A stretch of DNA of 64,000 bases from Epithemia pelagica (taxonomy: Eukaryota; Protista; Bacillariophyta), in the NCBI GenBank assembly GCA_946965045.2, contig OX337235.1, positions 620,001 through 684,000 of the forward strand, given 5' to 3'. The notes beneath the pieces were generated by a model. That model had not been told where the DNA came from. It did no database searches and saw only the letters and a list, made by a program, of their open reading frames with translations. Made by a program: the position numbers and the translations under genes. Below are positions 29,863 through 41,200 of the stretch, in pieces. Numbering within the stretch: the stretch's first letter is position 1; each line of letters begins with the position of its first letter.

Positions 29863-32525
29863 GTGGAAACTCCAAATGCCAGTGTCACAACCCCAACAGC
29901 GAGAGTATCTATTCGTAGGATGAGGAAGGTTTCGGTGGGTGCAACAAGCAGCACGAGCAGGAAGCAGAGGTTGGTGTTCTTGTTCTTGTCGTGGTCCGTG
30001 TTGCCGGAAAATGTGGTAGGATCGTCTTCCTTTGTTTTGGATGGTTCCGACTATCAGGAGGACAGCATTTGCATTCCTCCTTCTTCCGCCCTTGCTCGTC
30101 CAAAAGAGGAGGAGGACGAGGAGGCACAAACAGCAATCCTGACACACCTGCTTCATCAGCAAAACAACGACACCTTGGACGAGGACTACCAGGAAAGGTC
30201 CAGCACCACAACCACAATCGATCCACTACTACCATCACGCAAGGAGGACGACTCGTGTGGCGTGTATTTTGCCACGTCGACCATTGCCGGTGGCAAGGCG
30301 GGCAATGGCATTTTTGCCGGCAAGGCCTTTGCCGAAGGCGATATGGTGACACCAGGAGATTTGGCCGTCTTGTTGACCGATTTGGAATTTCATCATCCCT
30401 GGCAGACGCGAACCAACAAGTTTTTGTGGGAAGAGTACGTATATATATATATAGAGAGAGAGGAATGAGAGATGGTGTGCTTTTGTACAAACAAACATGG
30501 GGCTCGTGTTGGCGCATGTCTCACAACAAGAGGTCTTTTTGGTTCTTGTTTCGTGTGGTTCGGTTTTGGTTGTGGGCACAGATATGTGTGGGAAAGCCAC
30601 AAGGATGAGGCCACCATGGCGGATATGGCCATTTTTGGAATTGGAGCAGCCGTCAATTGCGATCATGGTTTGGTCAATGTCGATCGATCCAGTCCGGAAA
30701 CTAGCTGGTCCGAACGCAACACGGGTGGACAGGAGCATCCGGGAGCGGGAGCTTCCACCGTCTACCACAATGTCTATGGCTTTGCCACCCAAGACATACA
30801 ACCGGGGTACGTTTCGTGTGTCGTGACGCAAAACGACAAGACTCCAAGAAACGATTTGTGTGATTTTGTGTGTGTGTGTCTCACGAGTTTGGTGGTCTGT
30901 TGCTGTTGGTATGATTGGTATGCGTTTTTGATTCTTTGTTGTTTATCTATAGCATATAACTTTTTTTGGATTATGGACAAGATTATTTTTCCTCGAGGGA
31001 TCATTACAACGTTCCCTCGGCTCCGCACTTTGAAAAGGGCACCAAGCTGCTCCATTCCTTTGCCACGCTGCGAGACTCGATAGTGGTCAGAACCAACAAC
31101 AACAACAACAACAAGACCAGCACCACCACAACCAGTACGGGTAGTACTACCGCAGAACAAACACCGGCATGGGTCCAAGACTTGTATCGTTTTGTCAAGG
31201 ACGAGGTTCCCTCCCTTTGGGAGGATGGTACTGCGACCATTGCCACCTTACCGGATAAAGTGGAACGAGTCGATGACATTTTGGAGTCCAAGGATATTGG
31301 ACGAGCTCATGTCCACAAGAGTATTCGGTCTGTGGAGTGGCTCCACCAACATGGGAGTTGTGCCGATCACTTGCAAGCGCAACCCAGCACTCTACCACAT
31401 GCAGGACGAGGGGCCTTTACCCGTCGGCCCATTGCCCAGGGAGAAACGGTTGCACCTGTTCCCCTGATTCACATTGCCCATCGATCCATTTTTGACATGT
31501 ACGAAACCTTGAACGTGACACATCATCAATATGGATATCCCATGAGCAAAAGCGACGAGAAAAAACGAAGACGAAAGCTGTTCCTAGGACAGGGCAAAGA
31601 ACCCGCCCATCAGCAATTGCTTCTCAATTACTGTTTTGGTCATGCCGAGACAGACATTCTGCTCTGCCCATACGGCATTGGTACAGCCCTCATTAACCAT
31701 TCGCCCGAACATGACAAGGCCAATGTGAAAATGGTTTGGAGTACCAAACACACGACGCATCCGGAATGGTTTGATCAACATCCCCGGAAATGGGCCAATC
31801 ATATCGGTGCCGCTTTGGCCTGGGAATTTGTGGCGACTCGCGATTTGGCGGCGGGAGAAGAAGTGTTGATTGATTATGGCCACGAATGGGACGAGGCTTG
31901 GTCGAATCATGTCGCTTCCTGGTCGTCCCAGTCGTCTTTGTCATCGTCGTGCCGCCCGTTGAGTGCGCACTATTTGAATGAAGAACGGGACCAGTGGATT
32001 CTTCCCACCTGGTCGGAAGGGTATGACTCCTTTTCCTTGCTCAATTCCAAAGAACACACACAAGACCCTGCTTTTTGCGACTCTCCACCACCACAAGCCT
32101 TTCCCAAAGTACGTTGTCATGATGTGTATTTGGATATGGCAGGCTTGTCCGAGTATTCCTTTGCCCGATGGAGAGCGACCTATCCCTGTCGACCTGTGGA
32201 TCGGTACATGGATGAGGACACGGGAACTGTCCTGTACACGGTGGAGTTGTATTCCTTGAATCAAAATTTGCTGGACAAGGAGGACGAGGACGAAGAACAA
32301 CAAGAAGAGGAAGACGATGAGGAGGACGACGACGAGGATCCACCACAATGCGAAGAATTCTTTGAAGGTGTCATGTTTAATGTACCAGGAGATGTGTTCC
32401 ACTTTGTGGATCGTCCCTATACCAGTGATGCCTCCCAACCCTGGTCCTTTCGACATGACATGAGAATTCCAGATCATCTTCTTCCTTCCGCGTGGACAAG
32501 AAGAAACGATGCGCAAACCAACTAA
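29863..32525 (+). pseudogene. Tandem-SET-domain protein (3 exons) with in-frame TAA in exon 3; paralogue of the 62344 gene
   Basis: Introns 30435-30581 and 30807-30952 have the same phase and position as in the paralogue. SET1 CGVYFATS..AGNGIFAG / AAVNCD / LFLDYG. SET2 PSTLPHAGRGAF / LINHS / GEEVLIDYG. TAA at 30957-30959 aligns with GAA (Glu) in the paralogue. Confidence 0.75.
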
Positions 32526-33050
32526 AAAACGAATTATATATCCACAGTATGAATGATTATGAATCGACAATCCTTGTGATTTCGCTAGGACAATGAGGAT
32601 GACAGCTACTATACAAGCATGTGACTTCTTGGAGATGCTAGCGTCCGTTCTCCGATGCACATAGAGTTAGGAGTAGGAGTTCAAATCTAGCAGGTGCTTT
32701 GGACGTTTGTCGGACCGATCAAGAGATTGGAGTTAGCTCGTTCGTCACACTCTCTATTAGTCGAGTAAAGAGTACGATAATGGTCGAGACAACGTTCCAA
32801 GTCAATAATTCTAGAGGGGTATGTTGATCACTTTGCCATCCATGGAAACTCAACATCGCGTCAAAGATCGGGCATAGAGCTATCAAAGCTATCTGTCCTT
32901 CGAAATGGTTCGAGAAAAGCGAGTACGACGCGCAAGCACAGCGCCTGCATGCAAACATTTTGCGTGACACTTTTGAAGAACGGCGACAGGCCCTACTCGC
33001 ATTCTTTCAAAAAAACGAACGTCGCGCCACTTTTTTTCTGTGTCTCGACC

Positions 33051-34559
33051 ATGACCGTCGAATCCGATTTACCCACCACCGTCCGCACCTCTTCCAATGC
33101 AATGGAACAATACCAGTCCGACGACGAGGAGCGCCACGAACGATTGCCGAATGGGAATGACGAGGAGTCGTTGCAAAAACCCTCGCATCTTCTCGACCGT
33201 AGTACCAACACCAAAGATATCATTGTGAATGGCCGAATCAAGGATGGTCCTTGCACCCGTCCTGTTTTTCCAGGAGAAGAAGGGTTTGACGAAAACAATG
33301 CCGCCTTGCCGGTCGTCATTAATGAATGGGCGCAGGGTACGTCCATTCATGGAGTGCCCTTGGTGACGGATGCGACCGTGTGGAAATTTTGGAAACGAGC
33401 CATCTGGATTGTCTTGGTCTTTATTTCGGCTGGATTCATGTTGTGGCAAGTGACGCAATTGATTCGACAATACCGCGATTATGAAGTCATTACCGATACC
33501 GAAACGATCAATCCAGAATCGCTCGAGTTTCCCCGCATCACAGTCTGCAATGCCAGTCCGTTTTCCCAATCACGCAAAGACCGATTCAACATTCCGTATC
33601 CCAAGAACGAGGAGGAATTTGTCCAAGTGTCAACGCCGTTGGAAGAATTCATTGGCGCTTCCTGGTTCAATGGCATTGAACTTAATGTATCCGAGGTTTG
33701 GAAACCTGTTATTTTACCCGAAGAAGTAGGTCGCTGTTGGGCCTTTGATACCAACGAGACGGTTCGTCGTCCCGGATACTATGGTGGTCTCAAAATCTGG
33801 ATTGATTTGAGACAATACGATTACGACAAATGGTCGGAATTTGCCGCCGCCTTTTTGTGGTCACAACACAAGGACATGCTGCTGGATAGTCAGTTGCCCA
33901 TTGCCACGGCCAAACCGGGACATGAAACCCTCATTTCCCTCCAAATGAGTCAATTTCAACGCGAAAAACAACTACCCTGGGCCCGGTGTGAAGGAGAAGC
34001 GCCCGAATACACACAAGGGCGTTGTCGGTCCGAATGCATTATGGAATACATTCGAGAGAAATGTCAATGTCGACGCTACGGTGATGAAACCGATAAGGAT
34101 CGTCTCGATTTTTGTCCTCCCGACGACGAGTGTTTGCAATTTGCCATTAACAGTGGAGGGATTGTATCGGAACAGCAATGCCCCAATGCCTGTGACATGC
34201 CGACATGTGCCGTCACGGAATACGAATTCACTACGGCCGAGGCCAATTTTGCCGAAACCTGGTTGGAACAATTTCCCTATGACGACTTTAACATTACCGA
34301 AGAATACCTCTTGCAAAACTTTGTATCGGTGACTGTCAATTTTCGAAGGATTCAATACAGTTTGTTGACCGAAAGCAAGGCTGTTTCGTTTGCCCAATTG
34401 CTCGGTTCGATTGGTGGTTCCATGGGCTTTTTTCTGGGAATTTCTCTCCTGAGTATTTTTGAATTGGTGGGTGATTTGGGCATGTTACGATTGCTCCCTC
34501 GATGGTTTGGCCATCGACACTTGTATGGATTGGGTGCCGTCGAACACAAGGTCGAGTGA
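33051..34559 (+). CDS. DEG/ENaC (ASIC-like) channel subunit, copy 1
   Basis: Pre-M1 TSIHG, M1 helix, FPRITVCN, GRCWAF, Cys-rich thumb, M2 LLGSIGGSMGFFLGISLLSIFEL. Start placed at ATG 33051 (MTVE) by comparison with the paralogues. Confidence 0.92.
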   Translation: MTVESDLPTTVRTSSNAMEQYQSDDEERHERLPNGNDEESLQKPSHLLDRSTNTKDIIVNGRIKDGPCTRPVFPGEEGFDENNAALPVVINEWAQGTSIHGVPLVTDATVWKFWKRAIWIVLVFISAGFMLWQVTQLIRQYRDYEVITDTETINPESLEFPRITVCNASPFSQSRKDRFNIPYPKNEEEFVQVSTPLEEFIGASWFNGIELNVSEVWKPVILPEEVGRCWAFDTNETVRRPGYYGGLKIWIDLRQYDYDKWSEFAAAFLWSQHKDMLLDSQLPIATAKPGHETLISLQMSQFQREKQLPWARCEGEAPEYTQGRCRSECIMEYIREKCQCRRYGDETDKDRLDFCPPDDECLQFAINSGGIVSEQQCPNACDMPTCAVTEYEFTTAEANFAETWLEQFPYDDFNITEEYLLQNFVSVTVNFRRIQYSLLTESKAVSFAQLLGSIGGSMGFFLGISLLSIFELVGDLGMLRLLPRWFGHRHLYGLGAVEHKVE

Positions 34560-35071
34560 GAAAAAGACGGGGCGACGGTATACGACGAGAGCAGCCAAAG
34601 GAGAGATAGTTCCTTGGTATGGCATATATTTGTCAAAAGACGATCCTCTGGTGCGTGTGGGCAGTGTCGCTTGGAGGACTCTGTCAGTAGGAGATGAAGC
34701 GAGTAAATGTTGCTACTACTAGTAGGAGAATAGTTGAAGATTCGTTCCAATCGATGAAAAAACTTGACCTCTACTACCTCCATGTTACACGCGGTCCGTT
34801 CACGTGTGGAGAATATACCATGTTCTCCGCTCTAGACTGAAAAGAGCCGATGGCCTCCCGTTGTGTACTCCTATGAGATAGGAGTAAGAGACTTCCCAAT
34901 AATTCCATTCCCATTGGTATTGGTGGGTTTTGCCCGATCTTGGGAAAATAATATGACATCGTAAACCATAAACCATGCTATTCCATTCGTAGTCGTGAGT
35001 GTGACGTCGGGATCGCGAGGCGCTCTTGGTCTTGGGGGCTTGGGGTGCGCGTTGAATAACCGCTGTTTTTC

Positions 35072-35238
35072 TGTCTCATTCCGGCTGATACACGAATTCT
35101 GACCCAATACGGGACACATACGTCAGAAATACAACGGTCATTACCGTTTACCGTTTTACTGGTTTCATGCGTTGAATGTAGCGTAATTCTTCATCTTAAT
35201 CTTTCTTTGGAGTGGATTCTATCAAGTAGAATAAGACA
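35072..35238 (+). repeat. 5' LTR of Copia-2
   Basis: TGTCTCATT...AATAAGACA, identical to 41476-41642. Confidence 0.97.
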
Positions 35239-35282
35239 GTTTATCAGACCCACCGTCTGGTAAGGGTAAGAAAGAGAGAGAG

Positions 35283-38200
35283 ATGGTTACTTCAACGCGT
35301 TCTAACACGAAAACGGCTGCTACCGCAACTGGGACTCAGGGCGGTAGTGGAGGAAGCGGAAGTGGAAGCGGAAGCGGAAGTGGAAGCGGAAGCACAGGAG
35401 CCTCGGAAACTGGCAGGGATCGTACTTCACGCCATGGCGCGAGTACGGGAGCTGGAGCCGGCACTCATGCCGGAGGAGGGACGCCAGGAGCTACTACCAT
35501 GGGGACTGGCGCCGGGACAGCGGCCGGTGCGGCCGTGGGTGGAGGCATGGCTCCTGATGCAGGTGCAACTGGAGGTGCACCAGGAGGTGGCGCAGGAGCT
35601 GGCGCTGCGGGAATGGGAGGCGCTGGTGTTGCTGCCGGCGCAGGAGGAGGAATGGCAGGCGGAGGCGCCGCAGCAGGAGTACCTGGCGGCGCAGGAGGAG
35701 GTGCTGGAGGGCATGGAGCAGGCGGAGGCGCTGGTGGAGGCGCTGGTGGAGGCGCCGGTGGAGGCGCTGGTGGCGGTGCTGGAGGTGGCCCAGCAGGAGG
35801 CGGTGGTGGCGACGGCGGCGCTGGAGGAGGAGGAGGAGGAGGAGTACCTCCAGGCGTGCCTCCCCCACCATTGTCTGCAGTCGGGATGGCACTTACTACT
35901 TGTGGGGCCAATCCCTACGAGATCTACGCGCTTGAGCATACGGAAAGGCTTAACACAATCGAAGCCTTTGGACGAATGACCTCTGAAGACGTGACGAACC
36001 TTGTGTCACGACTCGAGAAGCGTCCGTACCCCCACAGTGTAGCCATCCCTACCAGTGTCATCAAGAACATTCAAGGTTTGTGTTTCTGGTCCGCCAGGGC
36101 GCGTCGCCAGGGGCGTCGCCTTCAATATGGCGATTTCGATCAGGACGCACTAATGGAATCCCTCGACGCTATGGAAATTCAAGCCGAGAAGACTTCTTCG
36201 CCGGATATTAAGCCCTCTGCCCTCAAGGAAGATGACTGGGAAGATTGGAGTCAGGAGTTCCCTACCTACCTGTCCCACATATTTGGCAAGCAGAAGGCCC
36301 CGTTGGACTATGTGATTCGCCCCGACTTGGATCCCGCACACGTTTTTGCAAGTACCCGTGAGCAGGAACTATACAGCTACCCCCTCGGTGGTCCGTATTT
36401 TCGTGAAGACAACAAGGAAGTGTTTAGGTTGTTGAGCGACTTGGTCAAGGACCAGCCAGCAACGTGGATCCAGCCTTTCCAAGCGTCGCAAGACGGACGT
36501 CGTGCCTGGTTGGCACTCGTGAACCATTTCGATGGCGGTGGACAAAAGGAGAAGCGGATCTCCAAGGCTGAGGCCGTCCTTGACACTCTGTACTATAATA
36601 ATGAGCGTGTTTTTAGTTTTGATGCTTATGCGTCTAAGCTATTACGTGCATTCCGGACTCTCGATAACACACCCAATCGGCGTACCCCGTCCAACCAAGT
36701 CAAGATCCTCATCGATAACATCAAGATCACGTCGGCTGAGTTCGCGGTCATTAAAGGACACGTGCGTAGCAACCATCGCACGGACCTGCATGCCGCAATC
36801 GATTATATTTCACGTGAGATTGCCGAAATCTTTCCTGATGTCTCGATTGGAAATCGCCGCGGTCAGGCGCGTCATCGATTCGTCTCGGAAACCGCCTCTC
36901 AAGCGGCGTCTCGACCACGCAACTTCGCTGGATTGTCGCATAACAACGGCATCTATACCTTTTATGGTGTAGATGTCACCGATGTGACGCGACGTTTCAC
37001 ATCGCAAGAAATGATCACTCTTGGAACGCAAGGACAGGCGTACATTCACCAAGAAAGGGCTCGGTTGCGCGGGCAAGGTGGTGGTCGTGGCGGCCGTGGT
37101 TTCGGCGGTCGGGGACGAGGAAACTATGGCGGCCGTGGTGCTGGTGGACGTGGGGTTGCCGAGATCAGCACAAGTGGCGACCAGTCTGTTATCACGGACA
37201 TCACCAACGACCAAGGGGACCGCACGACAGCGGCGGAAACGGGGACAACAAACACTGACAGGGGCAGCCACAATGGCCGAAGATTTGGAAACGGGGCATA
37301 TGAACAGGGAAATGGGAATGAAGAGGGAAGTAGTCGTACAGGGGGAATCTCCGTTGTGAATTGTGGACCGCAACGTCGCGTAGGAAAAGTTGAAAAGGGT
37401 TGGTTGTTGGAAAGTGATTCCGCCGTGGGAAGGAACGAGATGGACACGATGGCCGACACTTGTTGTGCCGGCAAGAATTGGGCACTGGTAGAAACTACTG
37501 GCATGGAATGCACAGTAAACGATTTCGCGGGGAATCAAGTGGGCAGGACGTCGGTACCTGTTGCAACATGCGCCACGGTGGTTAGAGAAAGGAAAACAGG
37601 AGTCGAAATTGTGGTGATCGGACACCAGATGTTATGGTTTGGTAATTACCTAGATAAATCTCTTCTTAACCAAAATCAGATTCGGCATGCTGGACACGAA
37701 GTGAGGGATGATCCGACAAGACAAATGAAAGAAGGATTTGGGATTTGGGTGGACGGGGTCCACATTCCGTTTGAAGTACAAGGCACGACTGTGTATTTCG
37801 AGTCACGTGCTCCTACTCAGCACGAGTTGGAGAATCTACCGTCGATAACACTCACGAGACAGGAGCTATGGGACCCACAGAATGTGGACATCACCCAACA
37901 GGATTCAAGTCCGTATCTGGAAGCATATGGTGCAAGCATGGCGGGCATTGGGGAAGTGTCTCGCGTGTTGACGCCGCAAGGACTTGCTTCCGAATTGGCT
38001 AGTATCCCGCAAGTCCGACAGGTCGAGAGCTCGCGACATTCTGCCGTGACGGCCGAATCTCTCAGTCGCAAGTGGAAGATTGGCCTTGATACCGCAAGAG
38101 CTACCCTCCGAGTCACCACCCAACAGGGGATCCGGACAGCTATATCACCTATTACACGTCGCTATCGCGTGGACAATCTAGCCTTGCATCGGAACAGGCT

Positions 38201-41200
38201 CCAGACAAGATTTTATACGGATACATTATTTTCTAAGACATTGTCTTTGTCAGGAAACAAGTGCGCACAGATCTTCACCGACGGGCAGTTCACGACTGTT
38301 TATCCGTTATCTAGCAAGAGTCAGGTCGGACAGGCCTTGTCGAGCTTCATTGATGAAGTCGGAATCCCAGATAGACTTACCGCCGATCTGGCCGGTGAAC
38401 AAGCCGGGGACTCAACCTTATTCAAGAAACTCGTTCGATTGCATCGCATTGACATGCAATGGGCGGAGCGTCACACGGGCAAACAAAATCATCGCGCCGA
38501 ACGTGAGATTGGCCTCTTAAAACAACGTTGGCACCGTCGCATGATGGAGTTGGACGTACCTCGTCGTCTATGGGATTTTGGTCTCGTCTACGAGGCCGGT
38601 GTTTTAAGTCGAGTCGCCCGGGGACCAGATATGCGCTCCGGCGTTGAACGACTCTCCGGCAACACGCCTGACATCTCGGAATGGACCGACTTCTCGTTTT
38701 ATGACGTCGTTTGGTACCACAACAATGTCAAGGCGGACGCTACCGATGATCCAGTGCAACTTGGCCGGTGGCTTGGAATAGCACACAGGATCGGGAGCGA
38801 CCTCTGCTACTGGATTCTCACCAAGAGTGGAAAAATTATCGCAAGAACCACCGTCCAACACGTCACCGAGGAGGACTTGGCGAAGCCCGAAATGGAAGAA
38901 CGTATTCGACAGTTCAAGTTGATTGTTGAGGAAAGGTTGGACGATCGGAACTTTACGGACGATAGCAAGAATGGACCCGGTTACTTGGAAGACGTAGATT
39001 TGGAGGAAGAAAAGCGGGGACGTGCCGGGGTTGTACCGTCCGATGAAGAATACGGTGGAATGATAGTTGAACAAGCTCCCGAGGCAGATGAGCACGGGGA
39101 TGGATACGACAACTATGTCGGGGCACAAGTGCAGGTCGATATCGGGGGAGAAACGATCCTGGGAACGGTAACAAAGAGACAGAAAGGGTTAGACGGCAAG
39201 CCAGTGGGAAGGGCGCATCGGAATCCGACGTTCGATACACGGACTTACGAAGTTAGTTTCCCAGGTGGATTGTTACATGAGTATACCGCCAACATAGTGG
39301 CGGAGAACCTTTACTCAAGATTGGACAACGAAGGGAAGAGGCATCTGGTGATCAAAGAGATCGTCGGACACAGGAAAGACGGGGACGCCGTCCCGCAGGA
39401 AGAAGGCTACCAATATTCATCCAATGGTAACAAACACCCGAAAAGGACAACGAAAGGGTGGGAGATAGCAGTCGAATGTCGTGACGGTACCCAGATTTGG
39501 ATACCTCTCAAGGATGCGAAGAATGGATATCCTCTGGAACTTGCCGAATATGCGATTGCGCAGGGAATCCAAGACGAACCGGCATTCAAGTGGTGGGTAC
39601 CACAGACGATCAACCACATGCGCCGCCTGGTGAAGAAAGTGAAGAAAAAGTATTGGAAGACGACACACAAGTATGGGGTGAAACTCCCGCATTCGGTCGA
39701 TGAAGCGCTGAGGATTGATGAGCAGACAGGTACTAGCCTATGGAAGAACGCCATCGACAAGGAACTCCGAGTAGTCAAAATAGCATGGGAAGCACGGGAA
39801 GACCTAGACCTAGACGAGGTGAGGGCAGGAAGGCAACTTGTGGGCTATACTGAAATAAAGTGTCATATGGTCTTTGACGTAAAAATGGACCTTACTCGGA
39901 AGGCGAGGTTGGTCGCGGGAGGACACATGACGGAAGCGCCAGCCAGTCTTACTTACTCAAGTGTCGTGAGCCGAGATTCCATTCGCATCGCTTTCTTGGT
40001 TGCTGCACTAAATGGACTGAACGTTTTAGCGTGTGATATTGGAAACGCGTACTTAAACGCGCCGTGCCGAGAGAAAATATGGTTCCATGGTGGACCCGAA
40101 GTCGGAAATGAATTTCAAGGAAAGGTATGTGTCATGGTAAGAGCTTTGTACGGGTTGAAGTCGTCAGGGGCGAGTTGGCGGGCAACATTAATGGCGACGC
40201 TGTATGACATGGGATTTTCGGACACGCAGGCCGATCCTTGTGTACTACGGCGAAAAAGGAAGAAGTCAACAGGAGAAGAGTATTATGAGCTTATGTTAGT
40301 ATATGTAGACGACATTCTACTGGTGAGCGAGGTTCCACAGGAAGTACTCGACCAAATCGACAAACACTACAAGATCAAGGCCGGTAGCACAGGGGAACCG
40401 ACTGTATACCTAGGTGCCCAAATATACAAGCACAACCTTCCGAATGGATCATGGGCCTGGGGGATGTCGAGCGAAAAATACGTCAACAACGCCATCAAGA
40501 TTGTGGAGGGACTCTTGGAAGAAGACGGGGACGGGAAGAAATTGAAATCAACCGCCAAGGTCCCAGTATCGTCGTCTTACAAACCTGAGCTAGACATGAG
40601 TCCGGAGCTCAGCCCAGCCCTTACATCACGTTATCAACAGTTGATTGGTATATTGAGGTGGGCCGTGGAGTTGGGTCGGGTGGATATATACCTGGAGGTA
40701 TCGCTCCTTTCCCAATTCTTGGCCAATCCACGGGTCGGCCACCTGGAAGTGGTGTACCACATCTTCGCATTCTTGAAGTCTCACCCGAAATTGAAGATGG
40801 TCTTCGATCCGATGGACGTGAACCTTGATGAGAGTTGTTTCCCACAAGTGCCCATCGATGAATGGAAGGAGTTCTACGGCGACGTGGCCGAGGAATTGCC
40901 TGTGAAAATGCCCAAGCCCCTGGGACGGCCAGTTACCATCACTTGTTTCGTAGACGCAGACCACGCGGGGAATGTGGTCACTCGACGTTCTCACACCGGG
41001 ATTGTTATCTTCATACAGAATGCCCCGATCTTGTGGTATTCCAAGAGGCAGAATACAGTGGAGTCGTCAAGCTTCGGAAGCGAGTTCGTGGCACTCAGGA
41101 TCGCTAAAGAGATGATTGTTGCCTTAAGGTACAAGCTCCGAATGTTTGGTGTGCCTGTTCCTTCACCGGCGAACATACTCTGTGACAATCGTGGTGTCGT

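Noticed and set aside
32949-33050. N-terminal extension of DEG/ENaC copy 1 and of PP2A B'' (48502-48570) in the ORF track
   Set aside because: Paralogues start at MTVE and the PP2A extension runs through a GT microsatellite, so the downstream ATGs are more plausible.
35347-35979. Long alternative-frame and antisense ORFs over the Gly-rich gag leader
   Set aside because: A by-product of GC-rich low-complexity sequence lacking stops.
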